35,442 bases of DNA from a virus, in IMG/VR virus record IMGVR_UViG_3300031260_000108, positions 1 to 35,442 of that record. One strand, written 5' to 3'. Below, piece by piece: positions 18,271-25,402 of this stretch. The position numbers were made by a program, and so were the translations under genes. Each line of letters starts with the position of its first letter. The stretch's first letter is position 1. Under the pieces are notes generated by a model. It was given only the letters and a program-made list of their open reading frames with translations. It was not told the origin of the DNA and searched no databases.

Positions 18271-19016
18271 AGGGCCTCCCCTACTAGCTGATTCTTGGGG
18301 GCTATGCAGAGGTCTATGTTCCTCTTGTCCCAGTATGGTGGCTTATAGGCCATCTTCATAATCACCTGGCCCGCCCCTACAGGTAGGGGGACCTTCAGGC
18401 TTGTGGGGATGGGCCTCATCACCCCATACTCATCATGGTAGAAGCTATGATCCATCTCCGTCTCCCTGACCTTGAGTTTGAGGATTTTACCGCCGCCGAT
18501 GCCTGTCTTCTTCCCCAGGTGTGTGAGGTGTTTGAGGAGCCTCTCCACCTCCACTATGTCGCCACAGCCATAGAAAGTCACGGTGTCAGTGACTATTATT
18601 GGGTAGGTGATCATATGGTTCTTGTAGTGGCCGCTGCCTATACCATATGACCTGTTGAGTAGTTGAGGATGGTTCTCGATGAAGTAATCCTCGAAACGCT
18701 TATAGATGCGGGATGTTCTGAGCCTCGGGGCCCTATAGACGCCGACGCTGGCATGATACACGTCCCCCGTCCGCCTCAACGGGAGCTGCATGGAGCTGAA
18801 GTCGAATAGGTGGTTGGTGGGGATGTCATAGAAGTCCCCGCCGAGGGCCTCCCTGGTGCAGAGGTACTGGATGATCCCGTCGAGGTAGATCCATGCGTTC
18901 CCTGTGAATACTGGTGGTTTGACCCTGAATTCCGCCTTGAAGGGTGTGTGTGCATCCCCTCCTGGTTGGTAGGCGCTGATTTTATCCTGGATCCTGGCAG
19001 CAAGAGACATGATCAT
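18267..19016 (-). CDS. csf3: Type IV Cas5-family RAMP Csf3
   Basis: YHAS, FYGCGD, Gly-rich loop LGKKTGIGGG, RPIP and YKPPYW motifs; follows csf2. Confidence 0.88.
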   Translation of the reverse strand: MIMSLAARIQDKISAYQPGGDAHTPFKAEFRVKPPVFTGNAWIYLDGIIQYLCTREALGGDFYDIPTNHLFDFSSMQLPLRRTGDVYHASVGVYRAPRLRTSRIYKRFEDYFIENHPQLLNRSYGIGSGHYKNHMITYPIIVTDTVTFYGCGDIVEVERLLKHLTHLGKKTGIGGGKILKLKVRETEMDHSFYHDEYGVMRPIPTSLKVPLPVGAGQVIMKMAYKPPYWDKRNIDLCIAPKNQLVGEAL

Positions 19017-19858
19017 CGCCAGTTTGCCTGTAATTCATCAAGAAACTCTCTGATCAGGTCAGCCTTCTCCTCGACATACGAGAGGTATGTTGCCTCAGCA
19101 TCAGGGTCATAGTCATAGCGGATATCCAGTTTCCCGTACCCTGAACCGCTCTTCCCCCCGAGGTAGGGGCGTTCGCTCCACAGGTTCAATGCCCGGATGA
19201 AACATGATTCCTCAACAGGGTCAGTGTCTGTGAGTGTGAATTCATGATAGAACTTCGCACCCTTCACGATGACTTCGAACTCGTACTTCATCTGCGTCGC
19301 CTGCTCTCCATCCTCTCTGTCCTCCTTGTACTCCCTGAGACTATCAAGGCGGGTCCCGAAGTCCCTCGCCTTCAGGGAATAACTTGAAGGGCCATCGATG
19401 TCACAGTACTGTTTCTGCTGCCAGTAAAGTTCCTTGCAGATCGGTTCTGCAAGGTCCACCTTCAATTTGCCCTGGAGCATCTGATTGCCCAGGGCAGAAC
19501 CCCAGAGACTTGCTGGTGGGATGTACTTGCGGATCCCTGATTTGAGTTTCACGTCAATCATACCAGAGGATTTTGTGTTAGCCTCCAGGAGGCCCCCTGT
19601 GAAGAGAAAATGGTAGATCTTCGCTGATTTGAGGTCATAATCGAGTTGATCCAGGAAGTCCTGCATGACCAGGCGGCGGAGGTACCCCCTGATCGCATTC
19701 CCATGGATGTAGGGGACGTCCTCAACCCTCATCCCCTTCTCATCCTCTATGAGTGTGGGGAGTGTGAGTATGGGTTTTATCGTCCCATAGACTTCAGGGC
19801 CGCCGTGATGGATAGGTGTCCGGGCAGTTAACACTCCAGGGTACTTAACAGTCCTCAT
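19013..19858 (-). CDS. csf2: Type IV Cas7-family RAMP Csf2
   Basis: TARTPIHHG, GNAIRGYLRR, LFTGG, LWGSALGNQM and LGGKSGSGYG motifs. Confidence 0.93.
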   Translation of the reverse strand: MRTVKYPGVLTARTPIHHGGPEVYGTIKPILTLPTLIEDEKGMRVEDVPYIHGNAIRGYLRRLVMQDFLDQLDYDLKSAKIYHFLFTGGLLEANTKSSGMIDVKLKSGIRKYIPPASLWGSALGNQMLQGKLKVDLAEPICKELYWQQKQYCDIDGPSSYSLKARDFGTRLDSLREYKEDREDGEQATQMKYEFEVIVKGAKFYHEFTLTDTDPVEESCFIRALNLWSERPYLGGKSGSGYGKLDIRYDYDPDAEATYLSYVEEKADLIREFLDELQANWR

Positions 19859-20202
19859 ACTTCATCACCTTCATCCTCTGCTTTCTTCATTTTGAGTTTC
19901 TCAACAACTTCCAGGGCGAGTAGGACTGCGTAGTTGGTCTCGTGTCTGAGGAGGTTGAGTGCTTCGTCTTCGTTCTCTTTGAGTGTGTTTATGTCTTTGA
20001 GGCTGTGCTGGGTGAAGCTGACACCGCACATCCTGTTTAGTTCTTCTAGGAAGGATGTGATGGTGCTCATGCGGCTTGCTGCGCGCACACGGTCTGTGAA
20101 GTATGTGTACGCTGATTTCACACCAACTTTCTTCCATTCAATGTTCCTATACGTCATCGCAAGGCACTTTGCGAGGGCGTTTTCAGTCTTCTCATCAGTC
20201 AT
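19855..20202 (-). CDS. cas11: Cas11-like small subunit (start revised to 20202)
   Basis: All-helical ~115 aa between csf1 and csf2; GGAGGAGG RBS before the ATG at 20202. Confidence 0.7.
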   Translation of the reverse strand: MTDEKTENALAKCLAMTYRNIEWKKVGVKSAYTYFTDRVRAASRMSTITSFLEELNRMCGVSFTQHSLKDINTLKENEDEALNLLRHETNYAVLLALEVVEKLKMKKAEDEGDEV

Positions 20203-20203
20203 C

Positions 20204-20335
20204 CTATACGCCTCCTCCAAGTATTGCGGATATTAGGCCCAGGACTACGAAGAATAGTACTATTCCCAGGCAGATCATGGTCACCCATACCCCTATCCTG
20301 ACGAGGATGGGTGCCGGGTTCTTCTTTTGGGTCAT
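20204..20335 (-). CDS. Unannotated 43-aa membrane peptide MTQKKNPAPILVRIGVWVTMICLGIVLFFVVLGLISAILGGGV
   Basis: Translated by hand; GAGGTGA RBS; fills the csf1-cas11 gap; stop 1 nt before the cas11 ATG. Confidence 0.8.
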   Translation of the reverse strand: MTQKKNPAPILVRIGVWVTMICLGIVLFFVVLGLISAILGGGV

Positions 20336-20356
20336 CCCTTTTTCACCTCTCTAATA

Positions 20357-20980
20357 TTATGCCATGTCTATGAGTAACTCCCATGTGGGGTTACCCTTCA
20401 ATTTGTTTAGGGTGATGTTCAGGTTCCTGGCTTCCCTGACGGTCATGTCCTGTAGTTTCCCTAGGTTCACATCACCAGTCTTCATCTCCGTCTTACTGAT
20501 TCTGTATTTTTCTCTGAGCTCGTTAATCCATTCTATGGTCTGGACTGCTAATTCACGGCTTAGTGTATGTGTTTCCATGTCACAGGCTAATCTGATGATC
20601 TTCTGGTTGGGTTGGTTCAGGAGGCCGTCCATGATTATCCAGCCTATCTTCTTGTACGTCCTTGTCAGGTAGAGGTAGTATGGTTTGTCTGGTGGTTCTT
20701 TGAGGATCTGTGGGAGTTCTGGGCGTTTGAATGGGTGGAATTTGTCTTCTGTGAGGATCCACATTGTCCTGCGGAGTTTGTTGCTGTCTTTTTTGAGTGT
20801 CATGCAGTAGGGGCAGATGACGTCTCCTCTGCTTGTCTGGTCTGTTGTTGTGAAGGTTGTGCCGAGTCTTTTTTTGTGTCCTTGTCTGGTTTGTTGGTGG
20901 CATATGCAGCACGTTCCTTGTTCTTTGCCGGGGCTGGGTTCTTGTTTTGTGGCTTTGGTGTACATTGTGCTGAGTTTCAT
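20357..20980 (-). CDS. csf1: Type IV large subunit Csf1 (Cas8-like, Zn finger)
   Basis: CCICH...ICPYC zinc finger, RRTMWI and PPDKPY segments; first gene of the csf cluster. Confidence 0.82.
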   Translation of the reverse strand: MKLSTMYTKATKQEPSPGKEQGTCCICHQQTRQGHKKRLGTTFTTTDQTSRGDVICPYCMTLKKDSNKLRRTMWILTEDKFHPFKRPELPQILKEPPDKPYYLYLTRTYKKIGWIIMDGLLNQPNQKIIRLACDMETHTLSRELAVQTIEWINELREKYRISKTEMKTGDVNLGKLQDMTVREARNLNITLNKLKGNPTWELLIDMA

Positions 20981-21077
20981 GTTTTATCGTCTTTTTGTTC
21001 TGCTATTAAAAGTAAACGAGGAATAGAAAAGTATATATATTAGTATCCAGAATAAGGTATATCATGGAGTGTATAGG

Positions 21078-21110
21078 TGGAGGGAGGAAAACATTTATAT
21101 ACTCCCTCCA
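21078..21110 (+). promoter_or_regulatory. BRE/TATA promoter of the + strand early operon bracketed by a 9-bp inverted repeat
   Basis: TGGAGGGAG-gaaaacatttatata-CTCCCTCCA. Confidence 0.65.
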
Positions 21111-21126
21111 ACAGAATACACTCAAC

Positions 21127-21154
21127 GGGGTACAGGTGAAAACACCTGAACCCC
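21127..21154 (+). other. Stable hairpin GGGGTaCAGGTG-AAAA-CACCTGaACCCC
   Basis: 11 paired bases with one A-A mismatch, about 25 nt downstream of the TATA box. Confidence 0.6.
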
Positions 21155-21176
21155 ACAAGAAAATGAGGTGAGGTAG

Positions 21177-21887
21177 ATGGTGAATATGCGAAAAGAGATC
21201 GCGCATGGGGCCCTTCTCAGGGCCTCCATGGGAGACACCGTGGAGGCCCTAAGGGCCATCAGCGAATACAACCAGGATGGGGAGAACCCCTTCCCCATCC
21301 TCGAAGAGATCTCCATTGTGGGTGGGGAAGAAATACTCCACCCACAGGGGGAGGAGTTCTGGGAGGTCCTCTGGGACCTCTCAGACTTCCAGGAGGAGGA
21401 CGAAGACCTCCTCGAGGAGCATGCGGTAGACCTCTACCGCATAGCATTCGACCTGGCCCAGGCAGGGGTCCAGGTCGTCCTCGTCGCAGGGTCCTGTGGG
21501 CTCTGCGACGAGGAACACTTCTGGGTCGCCGCCCCGGCGGCCCAGGTTAGGGCCCTCCTCAGGAGGGTCCAGGACGGGGAGGTCCAGGATCAGGATCTCC
21601 CCGGACTCGGACGCATACCCGGCGTCCTAGTCGAATACGGGTTGGAAATCCTCCTACGGAGGATTCCCAACCCTGCGGGCGGCTTCTATGAGGAAGTCGC
21701 CAGGCCCATCACGGTCACTATAAGTGGCCGTGAGGAGGCCAACGGCGTCCACAGATTCGTGGACGTCGTCAGAGACGCCCCCTGGCAGGTAGGGGGCAAC
21801 TCTGGGGCGGCCAGGAGGCTCTGGGCCTCCTCAGAGTTCGAGGAACAGGCTGACTGGGGTGACATCCAGTTAGCCTGGGGGAGGTGA
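21177..21887 (+). CDS. Hypothetical acidic early protein
   Basis: 236 aa, GAGGTGAGG RBS, GC-rich codons; no recognised family. Confidence 0.8.
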   Translation: MVNMRKEIAHGALLRASMGDTVEALRAISEYNQDGENPFPILEEISIVGGEEILHPQGEEFWEVLWDLSDFQEEDEDLLEEHAVDLYRIAFDLAQAGVQVVLVAGSCGLCDEEHFWVAAPAAQVRALLRRVQDGEVQDQDLPGLGRIPGVLVEYGLEILLRRIPNPAGGFYEEVARPITVTISGREEANGVHRFVDVVRDAPWQVGGNSGAARRLWASSEFEEQADWGDIQLAWGR

Positions 21888-21893
21888 GGACAC

Positions 21894-22451
21894 ATGAACC
21901 TCACCATCCTAAAAAGAGAGGGTCAAGAGTTCCTAATAAGGCCAAAGGAACTCGCCGAAGCTATTTCTTTTGAACCCCACCCCAACGCTAAGGGGTGGGA
22001 GATCGTAAGGGTCGGAGGCATAGCCGCCGAGGATGATGTTGATTTTTACCAGCCCTACATGGGGCTGGGTAGGATACTTGTGGCTGCGGAGGTAGAACGG
22101 TGGCACTGGACCGGGACATGGATCCGGGAGGGCCTCTACCTGTACCGCAGGAGGGATGAAACCCTCACAGTTATCGCTTACGTCGAGTCCACTGGGAGGG
22201 TTGTGCCACTGTACAGGGTGGAGGGCCCGGTTGATGAAGGCGTAATAGCCTTCATCGAGGACTTTTATCGTGGGGTTCTCAGGTACGAAATCGACAGAAT
22301 AATCCACGCCCCAGGGCTCACCACCCTGGGGAAGTATAGGAAGCTATGCGGATGGCTCGAAGCACGGGGTCAGCTTAAATGGGCTGACCCTGAATATGTT
22401 GAGGAGGCGATTAACCTCCTCGAAGAAGAACTTGAAAGGAGGGAGGAATAG
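21894..22451 (+). CDS. Hypothetical early protein
   Basis: 185 aa, GAGGTGAGG RBS. Confidence 0.8.
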   Translation: MNLTILKREGQEFLIRPKELAEAISFEPHPNAKGWEIVRVGGIAAEDDVDFYQPYMGLGRILVAAEVERWHWTGTWIREGLYLYRRRDETLTVIAYVESTGRVVPLYRVEGPVDEGVIAFIEDFYRGVLRYEIDRIIHAPGLTTLGKYRKLCGWLEARGQLKWADPEYVEEAINLLEEELERREE

Positions 22452-22453
22452 TC

Positions 22454-22711
22454 ATGAAAAGAACAAAAGAGGAGCTGGAGATCATCCAGCTCGCCAATGA
22501 ACTCAAAGATGAAATCCTGGAAGAATACGAGGAAGCTGAGATGGCCTTTGAGGATGCCCTCAAACTCGTTGAGGACTTCTACTACCCAGAGGAACTCGAC
22601 GAAGACTCAGTAGCCATCCACTGGCTCAGCTATGAGGATGGTCAGACCGCAGAGGAACTCTTCGACCGCGTCATGAAATACATCGACGAGAGGGGTGGTG
22701 AAGGTGACTGA
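22454..22711 (+). CDS. Small, very acidic protein (DNA-mimic candidate)
   Basis: About 29 of 85 residues are D/E (hand count); GGAGG RBS. Confidence 0.75.
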   Translation: MKRTKEELEIIQLANELKDEILEEYEEAEMAFEDALKLVEDFYYPEELDEDSVAIHWLSYEDGQTAEELFDRVMKYIDERGGEGD

Positions 22712-22838
22712 GTTCACCTTCACCGCCAAACCTGACAGGCAGGGGAGGATATCAATCCCCATAGCCGTCAGGGAAGCACTCGGCATGAAGGATGATGAAG
22801 CTGTCCTCCTCGAGATCAGGGTGAAGAGGATAGTGTAG
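22704..22838 (+). CDS. Unannotated 44-aa AbrB/MazE/SpoVT-type DNA-binding protein
   Basis: Hand translation (GTG start) TEFTFTAKPDRQGRISIPIAVREALGMKDDEAVLLEIRVKRIV; D..GRI.IP..VR..LG motif. Confidence 0.85.
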   Translation: MTEFTFTAKPDRQGRISIPIAVREALGMKDDEAVLLEIRVKRIV

Positions 22839-22857
22839 TTTTATTGAGGTGAGATAG

Positions 22858-23043
22858 ATGAGTACAGAGAAAAGGTTCAGGTTATCCCATATTCTTGGGA
22901 TGACCTTGAACAGACACGAAATAGTGGACAAGATGTCCCTTGATGAGTTCCTCAGGGAGTATGACATCACTCCCGAGGAATTCACAGCTCTCCAGAAGGC
23001 CCTTGTCCTGGGCCGGTGGAGAGTCCTTAGGAGGGAGGAGTGA
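22858..23043 (+). CDS. Hypothetical 61-aa protein
   Basis: GAGGTGAGATAG RBS; collinear with operon. Confidence 0.7.
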   Translation: MSTEKRFRLSHILGMTLNRHEIVDKMSLDEFLREYDITPEEFTALQKALVLGRWRVLRREE

Positions 23044-23059
23044 TCCGTGGGGTGGTGCT

Positions 23060-23197
23060 ATGAAATTAGAGGTGGTGATACATGACTTCATAGACAGTAT
23101 TTATCAATACTACTATGATGATCCTGATATGTTAGACTATGTTGCCATCTTCGCAGAAGCGTTAACCGATTTTGATATACATATCGAGTATCTGTAG
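23060..23197 (+). CDS. Hypothetical 45-aa acidic protein (start revised to ATG 23060)
   Basis: GGTGG RBS before ATG; followed by a T-tract. Confidence 0.6.
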   Translation: MKLEVVIHDFIDSIYQYYYDDPDMLDYVAIFAEALTDFDIHIEYL

Positions 23198-23221
23198 TGT
23201 TTTCCTTTTTCTTCTTTTTTC
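23198..23221 (+). terminator. Oligo-T archaeal terminator
   Basis: tgttttcctttttcttcttttttc directly after the last + strand early gene. Confidence 0.7.
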
Positions 23222-23233
23222 CCCCCATCTGTT

Positions 23234-23263
23234 ATAACTTATAACTTGTAAGTTATAAGTTAT
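23234..23263. repeat. Perfect 14-bp inverted repeat built from tandem heptamers (ATAACTT x2 - gt - AAGTTAT x2)
   Basis: Seen directly between convergent operons. Confidence 0.85.
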
Positions 23264-23266
23264 GAA

Positions 23267-24355
23267 TTAAAAGGTTCTAAGAACAGCATCGGCTACACAT
23301 TCTCCAATAGCCTTCACAGAATCATCTAAGTCAATATAGATCTCTACATCATTATAATACCCTGTAATATCCCCCCATCCTACCTTATATACATCAGAAC
23401 CTATTCTATCCCAATAAGCTCCAGCATCTTTTTCTTTCACATTCGGAGCCGCTCCATCTCCATAACCCTGTTTTATCCTCACCCCAGTCTCTGCTATACA
23501 TACAAGCAAATCAACAGCATTTATAAATCGTGCTATTATCTCCTTATCAATGCGACGATGCAACAAATCCATGACCACATTGTCTTTAATAGAATCTATC
23601 TTACCAAATATCTTCTCTACTCCACCTATATCAGCACAATAATCAATGTTATCAAACTCTTTAAAGAAAACCTCATCTTTAATATACTCAAATTCTGTCT
23701 TTATTTCCTCCCCAAGCAACCCTTCTACCTCTATAAAAACATCCCGTATTAACTGTTCATAATTCTCCCTAAATACCTGACATTTAAAAGAATATGTCAT
23801 CTCTTCAACCTCATTTAACACGATTACATCACTGATCATCTCCCTGATCACAGCCCTCACAGAATCAACAGTTTTAAGATCCTCCATTGTAACCTGACGA
23901 TCCAATTCACAGATAACCATGTTTATATCTTTATTTTTAAATTCCATAGTAATCACTCCATCTTTAGGGTCATAGGCAAACCTGTACTCTCTTTCTTCCC
24001 TGTATTTAACTGGTTTTAACTGTAATGAAGGTATATCATCCTCTCCCCTGTATATCGCCTCGGCAATCTGTTGTATCCTCTTGTCACAGGCTATAATGTC
24101 CCTGAGTTTCTCATGGACATATACCTCTGGAACATATTTATCACCAATCCCACACATTTTAAGTTCATCAACAATCCTATCCCTGACATCATCTATACCA
24201 TAATAATCTATCTGCTCCTCTTTAAGATCCCTAATATCCTTAGAAGAACCTAAAAGAACATCTAAATCATCATAGATCTGCAGACGGTCTTTTAAGGTAT
24301 CAAACCTTGACAAACGATACATTATAGCTTCCATCTTTTCATCCATACATATCAC
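23267..24355 (-). CDS. Hypothetical acidic protein, low GC; C-terminal half paralogous to the upstream ORF
   Basis: 362 aa ORF; by-eye alignment with 24352..24768. Confidence 0.8.
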   Translation of the reverse strand: MICMDEKMEAIMYRLSRFDTLKDRLQIYDDLDVLLGSSKDIRDLKEEQIDYYGIDDVRDRIVDELKMCGIGDKYVPEVYVHEKLRDIIACDKRIQQIAEAIYRGEDDIPSLQLKPVKYREEREYRFAYDPKDGVITMEFKNKDINMVICELDRQVTMEDLKTVDSVRAVIREMISDVIVLNEVEEMTYSFKCQVFRENYEQLIRDVFIEVEGLLGEEIKTEFEYIKDEVFFKEFDNIDYCADIGGVEKIFGKIDSIKDNVVMDLLHRRIDKEIIARFINAVDLLVCIAETGVRIKQGYGDGAAPNVKEKDAGAYWDRIGSDVYKVGWGDITGYYNDVEIYIDLDDSVKAIGECVADAVLRTF

Positions 24356-24768
24356 TCCTCAACAATACTACTATTAAGACGACCCATCTTCATATCAATG
24401 CCCGCCTCAGCCATATCATAAATAAAACTTACACAATTCATAAAAAACACGATCAAATCAACATCCACAGCCATATCCAGGAGACAATTAACAACCCTGC
24501 CACTCATCTCATCAAACCTACTCAGAATCATATCCTTTTCACGAAGCACCACCTCACTATCAAGACCCAAATCAATCATATCCAACTCATCAAAAACCTC
24601 ACCACTCATAATATACTCCATCTCAAACTTCAACCCATCAGGAACCAGACCATACACCCGCCTAAAAATCTCCTCAACAAACTCATCCCTATCCCCCCTC
24701 AAAAATATATCATACCTTTCATCAGAAACCAGACTATTAACCACACTACTATCAATCCTCTCATTCAT
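24352..24768 (-). CDS. Hypothetical acidic protein, low GC (start revised to 24768)
   Basis: Overlaps downstream gene by 4 nt; GAAGGTG RBS before MNERIDSS. Confidence 0.75.
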   Translation of the reverse strand: MNERIDSSVVNSLVSDERYDIFLRGDRDEFVEEIFRRVYGLVPDGLKFEMEYIMSGEVFDELDMIDLGLDSEVVLREKDMILSRFDEMSGRVVNCLLDMAVDVDLIVFFMNCVSFIYDMAEAGIDMKMGRLNSSIVEE

Positions 24769-24770
24769 AA

Positions 24771-25094
24771 CTACACCTTCACACAATCAATATCTTCAAT
24801 CTTCCAGATCTCACCACCAAACTCCCTAACCTGCTCCAGAGACAACTCCCTACCACGAAACTCCCTAGGAACACGAGGCAACACCACATGATAATACTCC
24901 ACACCCTTACGGAGCAACCTCTTGATGAGGTGGATGGGGAGGATGCCGTAGACAGCATCCCCCTTCTTCATGCGCATGATCATCTCATTACTAAGATGAC
25001 CTGCCACGAAGACGTCCCGGTCAAGGCCTTTACCATTCAGTTTAGCCCTCACCCAATCCACAGTACCCTGATGCCTTGTGATTATGTAATTCAT
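24771..25094 (-). CDS. csx16: Csx16-family CRISPR-associated protein, candidate cyclic oligoadenylate ring nuclease (start revised to 25094)
   Basis: IITRHQGTVDW, GHL, GDAVYGILPIHL, VEYYHVVLP and RGRELS match the Csx16 signature (SRHxGA.EW...GD.V.GTLPVHL...RG.ELS). Confidence 0.85.
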   Translation of the reverse strand: MNYIITRHQGTVDWVRAKLNGKGLDRDVFVAGHLSNEMIMRMKKGDAVYGILPIHLIKRLLRKGVEYYHVVLPRVPREFRGRELSLEQVREFGGEIWKIEDIDCVKV

Positions 25095-25351
25095 CACCAA
25101 CCACCACCTCTCTGCGCTATCTCCATCAGCACAGCCCAGCAGTGCTTGCAAACGAATGATGCCTCCGCCTTAAACCAGCGGTACTCATAGTCAGGGCAAT
25201 TACACTTGATCGTGGAATCAGTCACAAGGACACTGTACAGGTTATCCCCTGATTCTACCTCATAGAGACGACCCTCATCACATTCACCCTTGAATGTGGC
25301 CTTAAGCCTCCTCGCATTCCTAATCTTATTCATCCGAGTCAAAAACAACAC
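25094..25351 (-). CDS. SWIM zinc-finger protein
   Basis: CNCPDY...CKHCWAV. Confidence 0.85.
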   Translation of the reverse strand: MLFLTRMNKIRNARRLKATFKGECDEGRLYEVESGDNLYSVLVTDSTIKCNCPDYEYRWFKAEASFVCKHCWAVLMEIAQRGGGW

Positions 25352-25358
25352 CCTCCCT

Positions 25359-25380
25359 TCGTTATATGTTTATATAACGA
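25359..25380 (-). promoter_or_regulatory. TATA box inside a 9-bp inverted repeat, upstream of the SWIM-csx16 operon
   Basis: TCGTTATAT-gttt-ATATAACGA. Confidence 0.65.
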
Positions 25381-25402
25381 TGAATAAGGGCCCACTCAGA
25401 GG

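Noticed and set aside
16700-21200. CRISPR array or mini-array near the csf genes
   Set aside because: No repeated 25-40 nt unit with spacers found by eye here or elsewhere; intergenic gaps are too short except 20981-21176, which has only single hairpins
21006-21447. Minus-strand ORFs 21006..21206, 21122..21316 and 21259..21447
   Set aside because: Overlap the divergent promoter region or the + strand gene; no RBS; atypical composition
24771-25094. AcrIII-1 (DUF1874) assignment
   Set aside because: Lacks the YLxNAFS and SxIGH motifs; matches the Csx16 pattern instead
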